Positions 39,859 to 51,601 of a DNA stretch of 64,000 bases are shown here, one piece after another. The stretch comes from Diplonema japonicum (lineage: Eukaryota > Protista > Euglenozoa: Diplonemea). The translations under genes and the position numbers were made by a program. Numbering within the stretch: position 1 is the stretch's first letter; each line of letters begins with the position of its first letter. The notes beneath the pieces were generated by a model. It had not been told where the DNA came from and ran no database searches. It worked only from the letters and a program-made list of their open reading frames with translations. The DNA is taken from NCBI GenBank assembly GCA_964019335.1, contig OZ025702.1, forward strand, positions 455,751 through 519,750, written 5' to 3'.

Positions 39859-42525
39859 ATGAGTGTCGTGGAAAGAATAGCAAACTGCCACACAGAGTCG
39901 AATGAGGCTGCGGACAGACGCTGGGCGGCAGTCAGGACAATCGACACGGCCTTCAAAGAGTGGACGAAAGATGCGTCCTCACAAGTAGTAGTGTATGGGA
40001 GTGTTGCACTGGAAGTGCATTTGGAAGGAGCAGACACCGACCTAGTCTGCGTCACATCGAGCGGGTTTTCACACAATTTCTTCAGAGCGTTCCCTTCATA
40101 CCTCCGTGGCAAGCCCAACGTCACGTCTGTGAGCTACGTCCCTGCAATGCCGCCCCTCCTCAACGCCGTGGTGCATGGTGTTCAGCATGATATCCTCTTC
40201 TGTTTCATTCCCCTGGGTGCCCCTCTGCCTCCTAATGTCAACCTGAATGACGATAGGTATCTTTACAACATGGATGAACCGTCTCGGCGGTCTGTAGGAG
40301 GCCCCAGGCTCGTCGGAGCTCTATTCGAGCGTGTCCCTAACATGGTGACATTCAAGCCCGCTCTCAAGGCCGTCAAGCTTTGGGCAGCCCGTCGTGGTTT
40401 GCACGGGGTCCGGTATGGGTACCCAGGTGGCGTGACGTGGGCTGCTATGATGTGCTTCACGGCAAGACGGTGTCCCGCCAACGCGTCGCCTGACACGCTC
40501 GTCAGTACCTTTTTCAAACTCTTTGAAGGCCAGGGTCTCAACCACCCCATCTCCATCCTCGACGACTTGCACGGCTGGCAGAAGGGGCCCACCGATGAGA
40601 TGGCCGTGCTCGTTCCCTTCCCCACGCCGCCAGGAACGCCAGTTCAAATGGTATGATGCAATCTGCTTTAACTTGAAAACGAAAAAAAAAAAAAAATGAA
40701 AAAAAAAAACCCGCAGATCAACACATGCAGCGGTTCGGTGTGCACTCTGACGAGCTTCCGTGCTGAGATCGACAGGGCGGCCTTCTTGTGCAAAGTGCCG
40801 GGCAGGATGGAAGGCGTGTGGAACAGGGCGGACTTCTTCTCATCCTTCCCACGGTTCCTTGTTGTCGAGACGCGCACGACGTCTGTGGAGCTGCTGGACC
40901 CGTGGCTTGGGTTTGTTAGCAGCAGGATCAGGGAACTGCTCGCCCTATTAGACCAGTGGGCGAAGGACAGAAAGGACTGCATTTTGTGGCCGTATCCATT
41001 CATGTTTAGGACAGACTGCCCCACGGCGAGGCTGGGGTCGGGGGTGGACTACGCGCCTGGGCTTGAGGGGGACTACGGTGGGTACTTCTTCGTTGGGCTG
41101 CGGACCGAGTTCAACGAATCGGCAGGCATTGCTGTCTACGAGTCTGAAGACCTTGTGCGGTGTACAGAAGCGTTCGTGACCCTGTGCGCGGAGTGGGGCG
41201 GGAAGCGTGAGGGAATGTTCCAACCAGTCGTGAGTGTGATGGAGCCTCGTCAGGTCCCGAGCTTCGTTCTCGACAATCCGATCGCAGTAAAGGGCGGAGT
41301 GAAGGAGCGCTCCATCGCCGACATCATCAGGAACTTCAAGCACAGCGGGATGGACGCGGTGGACGGAGCGGTTCTGATGAAAGTGAAGGAAGATGCAAAA
41401 CTTTACTGGATGCCCGGTGAGGAGGAAAGCGATGCCATCCTCAAAGGATGCATTGTGGTGGTGAAGGCAGTGGACGGGGAGGAGGACATGGCATGGGTGC
41501 GGACCGAAGAAGGCGAGGAAGGTTTCATGAAGTTAGCGATGCTGCAGGACTATGCCATGGCAACGATCAAAGAACGCGACGCGGAGACCCCGGGCAGCCC
41601 GCTCACACCATCAACCACCTTTATGACAACTAAGGGCGAAACACGGCTGCGAGCATTCCCCCTCATGACCTCCTGCGATTGGGTGGAGGATGGCATCATA
41701 CCTGAAGGCGCTGTCGTGGCAGTACGCGCGCTTGACGAACAAGGAGAGTTCGCGTTTGTCCGGTTCAACAAAGTAGAGGGATTCATCACCACGAAGCATC
41801 TTAAGGTCGATGCACAAGACGGACACTGGGTAAAATGCACTAGAGTGAAGGAACTAAAGGAAATTCTTAACCTTGCAAAGGAAACCCACATGGCCCACCG
41901 CGTCGGGCCCCTCACAACATTAGAGCAGTCGGTGCTGAGCTCCCACGCTGGAGAGAGAGGGCTGACCATTGAAAAGTTCTCGGACTCGTACTTCTGTTAC
42001 GAGCCGCAAGGGATGTTGCAGTTTCCACTGAGTCCACCTATGCAGTACGACAGGGAGGTGTTGTTCTCAGGGGTGCGATTGGGAGCAGACTCCATCTCGG
42101 CTTTAAAGGAATACTTTGAGGACAAGGGGATGATACCGCAGTCGTGGGATATACGCTGTGAAAATGTGTTCTTGAAGGCGGGCCCATTGAACGACCTACA
42201 CACAGAAGGACAAGAGGTGCAGGTCAAGGTGGTGGCAACAGGTAGCAACCCTACCTGCATCGCGGCAGGGGTCGTGGGGTGCAGCCGGTACACTGTCTCA
42301 CCCACACCGCATGTCATTGTTGCCGTCAACCCCAACGCTGACGTTAAGAGGTCTGCCAATGTTTCCCGCGTGAGCTGGTCGTTCATAGACCCCGCAGAGG
42401 TGCTGGACCTCTCGGGTGTCGTCACGCAGTTCTTTGACGATGATGAGTACGACCTTACACCCGAAATGACCTTCGATGACACCACGGACCCTTACACCTG
42501 CGAGTCCAGGCTGTCTTTCGGTTGA
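39859..42525 (+). CDS. Canonical-type poly(A) polymerase-like protein with extra C-terminal domains; 2 exons (39859-40650, 40717-42525), about 866 aa
   Basis: YGSVALEVHLEGADTDLV (GS..DxD), HDILF, LKAVKLWAARRGLHG..YGYPGGVTWAAM PAP motifs; 66-nt intron 40651-40716 restores the frame. Confidence 0.88.
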
Positions 42526-42611
42526 AACGTTTCCCCTCCATTGCTCGTTTTTCATTTTCTTTTTTGTCTTTCAGTGAATAATACAAAAAGAAAGGGGCGA
42601 AGAAGAAAGAA

Positions 42612-43421
42612 ATGGACCGGATTACAGTGTTGGGGTCGCACCTCCGTGGGGTCCCGAAGAGGATTTTGTTGTTCCGTCATGCGGAGCGGGAGGACCATAT
42701 TCGACCGGAGTGGGCGGTGCACTCAGTGCGGCCTCATGACCCCCCGTTAAGCGCGCAGGGTTTTCAGCAATGCAGGGAGCTGGCTGAGAAAATAAAAGAA
42801 TTTGTCCCGACGGACGAGGAGCCGGTGGTGTACAGCTCCCCGTTGATCCGGACGGTCCAGACGGCTAACGGTGTGTTGGACACGTTATATCTGGGCAGGG
42901 AAAAGAAACCGATGATCAAGGTAGAGGGCCTGCTGAGCGAGAGGGGCAGGAATGTTAGGCGAAGAATGATGGGGCTGCACCCTACAAGCCCGGATCGATT
43001 TCGAAAAGTGTGCCATCCCATCATCCTAGAGAAGAGTGATTTAATGTGCATTTCTCCCTCCATCGACCTGGCCTACGAGGCCCAGTACACTAATCGCTAC
43101 TGTCAAGATGGTCACGAAATCAATTCAGCAGGTCGGGTCACCACTCTTGACGAGCGTATCATCAGCAACCTCCACTACCTTATCTACAGACCAGAGCACC
43201 ACAACAAAACTATAGTTTTAGTGTCCCATGGTGGGGTTTCACGGCGTATCATGGAGAATCTTACCGGCACTGTGCTTTCCTACCGCCCTGGGTACACCCA
43301 CCTTCATGTGCTGGAGCCAAAACCAGGTTCAGCCCCTTTAGCTGACGGCAGTTGGTCATTGATTTCATCATGGCACCCTGCAAGTGTTGTGATTAAGGCA
43401 ATAGGAAAGTCCAAGGAATGA
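42612..43421 (+). CDS. Histidine phosphatase / phosphoglycerate mutase family protein
   Basis: LFRHAERED, DPPLSAQG, YSSPLIRTVQTA, LVSHGG motifs. Confidence 0.9.
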   Translation: MDRITVLGSHLRGVPKRILLFRHAEREDHIRPEWAVHSVRPHDPPLSAQGFQQCRELAEKIKEFVPTDEEPVVYSSPLIRTVQTANGVLDTLYLGREKKPMIKVEGLLSERGRNVRRRMMGLHPTSPDRFRKVCHPIILEKSDLMCISPSIDLAYEAQYTNRYCQDGHEINSAGRVTTLDERIISNLHYLIYRPEHHNKTIVLVSHGGVSRRIMENLTGTVLSYRPGYTHLHVLEPKPGSAPLADGSWSLISSWHPASVVIKAIGKSKE

Positions 43422-43574
43422 CTTTTTTCTCCCTCTTCCTTTTTTATTTTTGCACAAGGATTTTATTTCGAAACTTTGTATCCAGTAGTTCCGTTCCCCC
43501 CCCCCTTTTTTTGAATTTTAAATGCTTCATGTTTTTAAAAGTAATAAAGAAGAGTTTAGAAAAAAGAAAAAGAG

Positions 43575-46203
43575 ATGTCGGAGTACGACGACGAAGCTGA
43601 ACTCAGCAACATCCACCTTAAGGTAGGTGAGGACGACGAGGATGCCCTGCTGCCTGTGGAGCGGAGGGCAGCAATCACACAATTCAGGGTGTTCGCAAGG
43701 TTGAGGCCCTTCATCAGTGAGGAGCTGGAGACCATCGGGAAGGCTGAGCTGCAGTCAACAATTGAGATGAAAGGCGAGAGCACCTTCCCACTGAACCCCG
43801 CGAACGGGTGGAAGCCCTCCAAGGAGTTCGTGTTCGACAGGTCACTGTGGTCGATCCCCCAAGAACAGGAACTGAAGCCCACACCTTACTTCCAGGACGT
43901 GAAGCATGAGTCATGTGTGGGGCAGAAGGAGATGTACGACATCGCAACGAAGGACGAGACAGGAGTGTCGATGGTTGACAATGCCTTCATGGCGATCAAC
44001 AGCTGCGTGCTCACCTACGGGCAGACCTCCTCTGGGAAGACCTACACGATGATGGGCAACTACGGTGAGGGTGCGGACCCCGAGCACCGTGGTATCATCC
44101 CACGTGTTTGCGACGAGCTCTTTGCGAAGGTTGCGGAGAGGAGGGAGTTCGAAGCGAAGAAGGACGACCCCAAGAAGAGGTGGGAACTTGACGTCTCCGT
44201 CACCTTCGTTGAGATCTACCTCGAGAAGGTGAGGGACTTGCTGGACCCAGCTTTGAGGCACAGGATTCAGAAACAAGCGGTGGGCGTTAAACACAGAGAA
44301 GACAATGATATGAAGGAGTCATTAGCAGCAATGAAGGAGGCGAGGGTGAGGCGAGACCCTCTCACTGGACCTTTTGTGGAAGGTATTAAGCACGTTCCCG
44401 TGCACTCGTGGAAGGATTGCGAGAAGATTCTTGAGAGGGGTTCGAAGCATCGTACGACAGCTGTTACCGATGTGCACGACAACTCGAGCAGGTCGCATGC
44501 CATCTTCACCGTGAAACTGACCCAGAAGAGGAAGGTCAGCGAAGACCGTTCTGGTGTAAAGTACGACACAAAGAGTGGTTGGATCAACTTGGTCGACTTG
44601 GCAGGTTCTGAGAGAGGTGGTGGCACGTCCTACGTGCACGAGGCGATTGCCATCAACAAGTCTCTCATGGCGCTGCGCCGTGTGATTGACTCACTTGTCG
44701 ACAGGCAGGAGAAGATCTTCGAAAGGCAAGCTGCTGAACTCGAAGGCCGCCACGTGCCCCAGCATACTCTTCCTCATGTCCCCTACATGGACTCCATCCT
44801 CACTCAGCTCTTGGAGGATTCAGTCGGGGGCAACGCCAAGACGGTCATGATTGCCAACATGACACCTTACCATGAGTACTATGAGGAGACCCTTCGCACC
44901 CTTGAGGTATTTGCAAAGCTATCATCAGTACAAAACTCAGTGGAGTCACAAGGCGAGTAAACTGTCGAATTTTGTTGGCTCAAACAAGACCAACTCTGAC
45001 GTATGCAACAAGCACAGCACACCTCAACCCTGCAGATTGTGGGTGAGAACTTCGATGGGAAAATCCAGTATTATGGACAACAGTTAAAACAACAAAAGAT
45101 CAACGTGGACAACCTGACCGGTATGACATGACACATAACAATACCCACCGCAGAGGAGCTGAACAGGCGTCAAAAGCTGATTGAGAACCTTGAGGACAAG
45201 AACGAGAAGTGCTCGCTTCGCATTGCCAACTTGGAATCCAGGTATGCTCGCACACCACACCACACCACACCACACCACACCACACCACACCACTCTTCAG
45301 GTTCCAAGACTCGAAACAGACGCGTGCGGCAACAATCATCCAGTTGGCGATGTACCTTCACAACTTCAGGCAGATGAGGGCGAGGAGGAGGACACAGGTT
45401 GTCGAGGCTGAAGAAGCGTCGGCCACTGCGAGGAAGGACCTGAGGGCACTGGAGGAGAAGCACGAGGCGCTTGTGGATGCACTCCTGAGGCACAACATCA
45501 CAATGAGCAGGATCCAAAAGAAGGCGGATGAGGTGGCGATCTCCACTGATAAGGTGTGCCCCTGCTCTTTTTTTCCTTTTTTTTTTTTTTTTTTTTAAAT
45601 TACCTCCCATCACAACAGACGATCGCAATGGCGGAGACGCAACAGCAGAGGCAGCCGGACGACCTGAGGAAAGAGCTGGCTGAGAAGCAGAAGGATGTTC
45701 AGGTGAAGAAGGACGAGCTCCTTGGGTTGCAAGGGGAGCAGACAGATGCGGAGAAGCTGCTTGTGGGGTACCAGGAGCAGAGGGACAAGGAGAACGTGAA
45801 GAGGGAGGGCGACAGGGAGGCGGCGGCAGAGGCAGCGAACCAGATGAAGCTGGACGTTCTGAACGAGATCATGGGTGACGCGAATGGGGACTACGCGGAG
45901 ATGCTCGGGGGGAAGGTAAAGCTGGGGGATGAAGAGGTTCCCTTGTTCGAGTGCGGGCTGGACGGGAGGTGGGTCCCTTCTGCTGACCTGGAGAAGCAGC
46001 TCAAGGGCATCGAGGAGCAGAAGAAGGAGTCCGACACACAGCTCGCATCGGCCCAGAAGGAGAAGCAGGCGGCCGAAGGCACCAAGGCTGACCTTAAGAA
46101 GAAGGTTGCTGATGAGAAAGGCAAAGTTTCAAAGCTTGAGTCCGAGACCAACAGTATTCAACAGCAGATCGACGAGGCCAAGAAGAAGGGCTGCTGTGGC
46201 TAA
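43575..46203 (+). CDS. Kinesin motor protein, copy A (about 800 aa; introns 44907-44940, 45001-45035, 45121-45153, 45242-45300, 45554-45618)
   Basis: GQTSSGKT P-loop, SSRSH, DLAGSE; IQ-like AATIIQLAM; coiled coil; C-terminal KKKGCCG. Confidence 0.92.
45251..45293. repeat. (CACAC)n intronic microsatellite; longer counterpart at 49132-49194
   Basis: Direct reading, inside homologous kinesin introns. Confidence 0.95.
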
Positions 46204-47379
46204 GCTGTGAGCGAAGATTCTACTTTATATTTTTTGAAACTACGAAAAAGCTACTGTTACAAACAGCTACCTTTATAGGAGCAACATTTGTGACGCAAAA
46301 AAGAAGAACAAACACCATTACACATACAGGGCTATCGATTCGTTGCTTTGGCGCTCAGTTTTAATTTAGCCATCTGAAAGGCCCTCCATTATTATTTTTC
46401 TTACTTCAGCTCTACTTTGGGGGAAAAGAAGCCCGCAAACAATCTAACTGATTAGGCCCTATGCTATCTCGGAGAGCTAATTTGCAGATTTTTCAAATCT
46501 TGCCACGTTAAAATAGATTCTAGCAATTCACTCTACTCTTGCACTGTAACTGAACTTTCCTTTGTCCCTTCTTTGAGACCCGTTGGCGTCCTGTTCTGGT
46601 GCCTTTGATGCTTCAAGAAGGGGGTACTGTGTAGAAGTAATAAGCTGAACCATTTTGTACTTGTTCTTCATATTATTTTTAAGTAACAACCTCTTTTCTC
46701 TCTATTTTTTTTTTTTTTTTTTTTTTGAGGACCAATGTTTCCAACCTCCCTGTGGTGGTTCCTGGTGATTGTGGTTTGGAGAGACACAAGCGAAAGGGAA
46801 ACTCTCGTTCTAAATCCGTACACGTGGGGAAAGCTGGACGGGGGTGGAGCGCCCACCTACGAGAGGCGCCAGTTAGCATCTCCCTCAACAGAGAGTCCCT
46901 TATCCCAAAGAGGTGGCTTCACCAGGTCAGGCAAGTAGCCTCTCCGCGGCTTCGTGCCAGTGAAGCAAGCCTCCCACAACATACTCTCCAGTTGGTGTTG
47001 ATTGTTTGGCCCTCTCCCTATTTCAATTTCCAAGCTTTCTTTACCTCTCCACTCTTACTTTCTACGGGACCACAGGGGACTTGGGAGCTTCGGGGCGAAG
47101 TTTCACAAGGGTGATGGCACCACTAAAATCGAGACAACTTTTTTTTTTTGCTGGAACAAGTAAACAAATCTTTGAAAAGAATTGTTATTGCAAAAAAGAG
47201 TAGAGGCAGCTTGTCCGTCTATCCCTACTGTAGGTGAAAACCGCTTGCACAAACAATCAGCCGACTCTTTTTTCCTCTTCCCGAGACTATGCTTGCTTGC
47301 TCTTTGTTCATTGGTGACCATGTGTTATAAAGTACTTCTATCTAGTAAGAAAAAGAAGGGGAACTAAAAAGAAAAAGAG

Positions 47380-50105
47380 ATGTCGGAGTACGACGATGAA
47401 GTTGACTTCAGCAACATCCACCTTAAGGTAGGTGAGGACGACGAGGATGCCCTGCTGCCTGTGGAGCGGAGGGCAGCAATCACACAATTCAGGGTGTTCG
47501 CAAGGTTGAGGCCCTTCATCAGTGAGGAGCTGGAGACCATCGGGAAGGCTGAGCTGCAGTCAACAATTGAGATGAAAGGCGAGAGCACCTTCCCACTGAA
47601 CCCCGCGAACGGGTGGAAGCCCTCCAAGGAGTTCGTGTTCGACAGGTCACTGTGGTCGATCCCCCAAGAACAGGAACTGAAGCCCACACCTTACTTCCAG
47701 GACGTGAAGCATGAGTCATGTGTGGGGCAGAAGGAGATGTACGACATCGCAACGAAGGACGAGACAGGAGTGTCGATGGTTGACAATGCCTTCATGGCGA
47801 TCAACAGCTGCGTGCTCACCTACGGGCAGACCTCCTCTGGGAAGACCTACACGATGATGGGCAACTACGGTGAGGGTGCGGACCCCGAGCACCGTGGTAT
47901 CATCCCACGTGTTTGCGACGAGCTCTTTGCGAAGGTTGCGGAGAGGAGGGAGTTCGAAGCGAAGAAGGACGACCCCAAGAAGAGGTGGGAACTTGACGTC
48001 TCCGTCACCTTCGTTGAGATCTACCTCGAGAAGGTGAGGGACTTGCTGGACCCTGACCTCAAGCACAGGGCACAGAAGGTATGTCTCCATAGCCCACTAG
48101 CCAACTTACAAACAGCACGCTGTTCGTGCCAACGTCGGTACCAGAGAGGCAGGTGACATGCAGGCCGCGCTTTCGGCGATGAAGGAAGCAAAGGTCAGGC
48201 GAGACCCTCTCACTGGACCTTTTGTGGAAGGTATTAAGCATGTTCCCGTGCACTCGTGGAAGGATTGCGAGAAGGTTCTTGAGAGGGGTTCGAAGCATCG
48301 TACGACAGCTGTTACCGATGTGCACGACAACTCGAGCAGGTCGCATGCCATCTTCACCCTGACACTGACCCAGAAGAGGAAGGTCAGCGAAGACCGTTCT
48401 GGTGTAAAGTACGACACTAAGAGCGGTAGGCTTAACTTGGTCGACTTGGCAGGTTCTGAAAGGGGTGGTGGCACGTCCTACGTGCACGAGTCTGCGGCCA
48501 TCAACAAGTCTCTCATGGCGCTGCGCCGTGTGATTGACTCCCTTGTCGACAGGCAGGAGAAGATCTTCGAAAGGCAAGCCGCTGAACTCGAAGGCCGCCA
48601 CGTGCCCCAGCACGCTCTTCCTCACGTCCCCTACATGGACTCCGTCCTCACTCAGCTCTTGCAGGACTCCATTGGTATGCACACGTGGCGTGCAAGACAC
48701 CCGCACAGGTGGCAACGCCAAGACGGTCATGATTGCCAACATGACACCTTACCATGAGTACTATGAGGAGACCCTTCGCACCCTCGAGGTATGGTTGGGA
48801 AGTTAGCTAAACGCACACACAGTGGAGTCAAAAGGCGAAGAGATTGGTGACCGTCGTTGCCACCAACATCGACGACACAGGGGTATGTCCACACGTATCA
48901 TGCACCGCCACCACAGCTTGTGAAGCAAGCTCTCAGTGGGCACATCAGCAACGCGAGGGACAACCTCAAGAACCAGAGGGCCAACGTGGACAACCTGACC
49001 GGTATGACATGACACATAACAATACCCACCGCAGAGGAGCTGAACAGGCGTCAAAAGCTGATTGAGAACCTTGAGGACAAGAACGAGAAGTGCTCGCTTC
49101 GCATTGCCAACTTGGAATCCAGGTATGCTCGCACACCACACCACACCACACCACACCACACCACACTACACCACACCACACCACACCACACCACTCTTCA
49201 GGTTCCAAGACTCGAAACAGACGCGTGCGGCAACAATCATCCAGTTGGCGATGTACCTTCACAACTTCAGGCAGATGAGGGCGAGGAGGAGGACACAGGT
49301 TGTCGAGGCTGAAGAAGCGTCGGCCACTGCGAGGAAGGACCTGAGGGCACTGGAGGAGAAGCACGAGGCGCTTGTGGATGCACTCCTGAGGCACAACATC
49401 ACAATGAGCAGGATCCAAAAGAAGGCGGATGAGGTGGCGATCTCCACTGATAAGGTGTGCCCCTGCTCTTTTTTTCCTTTTTTTTTTTTTTTTTTTTTAA
49501 ATTACCTCCCATCACAACAGACGATCGCAATGGCGGAGACGCAACAGCAGAGGCAGCCGGACGACCTGAGGAAAGAGCTGGCTGAGAAGCAGAAGGATGT
49601 TCAGGTGAAGAAGGACGAGCTCCTTGGGTTGCAAGGGGAGCAGACAGATGCGGAGAAGCTGCTTGTGGGGTACCAGGAGCAGAGGGACAAGGAGAACGTG
49701 AAGAGGGAGGGCGACAGGGAGGCGGCGGCAGAGGCAGCGAACCAGATGAAGCTGGACGTTCTGAACGAGATCATGGGTGACGCGAATGGGGACTACGCGG
49801 AGATGCTCGGGGGGAAGGTAAAGCTGGGGGATGAAGAGGTTCCCTTGTTCGAGTGCGGGCTGGACGGGAGGTGGGTCCCTTCTGCTGACCTGGAGAAGCA
49901 GCTCAAGGGCATCGAGGAGCAGAAGAAGGAGTCCGACACACAGCTCGCATCGGCCCAGAAGGAGAAGCAGGCGGCCGAAGGCACCAAGGCTGACCTTAAG
50001 AAGAAGGTTGCTGATGAGAAAAGCAAAGTTTCAAAGCTTGAGTCCGAGATCAAAAGTATTCAACAGCAGATCGACGAGGCCAAGAAGAAGGGCTGCTGTG
50101 GCTAA
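47380..50105 (+). CDS. Kinesin motor protein, copy B (about 802 aa; introns 48079-48115, 48675-48708, 48789-48822, 48883-48916, 49002-49034, 49123-49201, 49455-49520)
   Basis: Tandem paralogue of 43575-46203 with the same motifs; seven GT-AG introns give one frame. Confidence 0.92.
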
Positions 50106-51601
50106 GCTGTTTTAGTAAAGACCTTCTTTTTTTTTGTTTGTACCCCTCCCCCCTCCCCTCCGCCGTCCCCCCTTTTTTACTACTCCGAACGACGCCTTCA
50201 CCAGATGAAAAGAAAAATCGAAGGAAAAAAAAAGAGATTTTTTTTTTGCAAGTGTCTTTTTTTATATTTCTTCCCCCCCCCCCCCCCCCCCGCCCCCCCT
50301 CCCCCACTCCTTCCTCCCATAAAGTTTTTATTTTTTTTTCATTTAATTGTTAACTCGTTTACATTGGCATTTGCGGCAGTGATTTTGTGAGGGAAGAAAA
50401 TAAAAGAAAGAGAAAAAAAAAGATGGGGAAAGAAAAAAAGATTCTTTTTTTAAAAAAAGAACAGCAGATTTAAAAGAAGAAACAACGTTATATGGTAGGA
50501 AGAAGGGAGAGAAAAGGAGGACAAAAGGGAGATTTATGAAGGGGGGAAAAAAATGAAAAAAAGAGACCAAACTAAAAGAAACCCCATTCCCAGCCTCCCC
50601 AATAAACCCATTCTCTTTTGTTTTGTTTTTTTATTGGCCCCCCTTTTTTTTGGTTGAATTTCCCCTCAGTTCCGTACTCCTGTAAATCTTCTTCATGTTT
50701 TCGATTTCTTTTATTTCATTTTTCCCCCCCCTACTTTGGGTTCCCCCCTCTTTTTTTCTTCTTCTTTTTCGATTTCGTCTTCAGCTCCGGTTGCCTTTGA
50801 GTTGGCCCACTTCCCTCCCTTTCGATTGCGAATTAAGAAGAAAAAAAAGGGAAGAAAAAGAATATACTCGTGCCCCACCCCGCTTCTTGCGTCCTCTCCC
50901 CCCTCCTGGAGGAATGACTCAGTTTATGTTTTTTTTTTTTTATTTATTTATTTATTTTTTTTTTTTTTTTTTTTTTTTAATGCTACAGTTCCCAATATTT
51001 TTGGCTCTAGAAGTGAGTCAGAAATTCTAAAAAAAAAAAAAAAAAGAAAGAAAAAAAATAAATAGGGGGGAGGCGAGAGAATAGAATTTTTTTTGGAATG
51101 GGGAGGGGGGTTTTTTTTATCTTTTTGCTCCCGTTCCTCCAAACAGAACCCAGATGGAAAAAAAAAGTTATTTCCCGGCGACATGGAAAAAAAAAAGAAA
51201 GTCTTTTTTTTTTTTTAAATTTTGCTTCATCCGCCGGGAAATAGTGATTTTTCTTCTCCCCCCCATCCCTCCCTCCCTCCCCTCTCCTGCTGTAATGACC
51301 TCCATTCCCTTTTATCCATCCTCTCCCACCAGCCGTATACACCCCAGAAGAAAAAAAGAAGAAATTGTACAACCCCCGACCTTTTATTTTTTTTGTCATT
51401 TTTTTTTTTTACCCGTTTTTTCCCGTCCTATGACACCCCTCCCACGAAAAGAAAATTCTCCTCCCACCCCACCCCCCCCCCACGAAGAAAATGATTGAAA
51501 AAAATGTGTCCTTTTTTTTGTTTGTTTGTTTTTTATAAAAAATCTCCCAACCCAAAAAAAAAACTGAAGGGACCAGCAAAAAAAAAAAAAAAAAAAAAAG
51601 A

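Noticed and set aside
46210-47365. Complex-sequence spacer between the kinesins with ORFs up to 129 aa
   Set aside because: No convincing start, motif or homology within the window; cannot support a gene call
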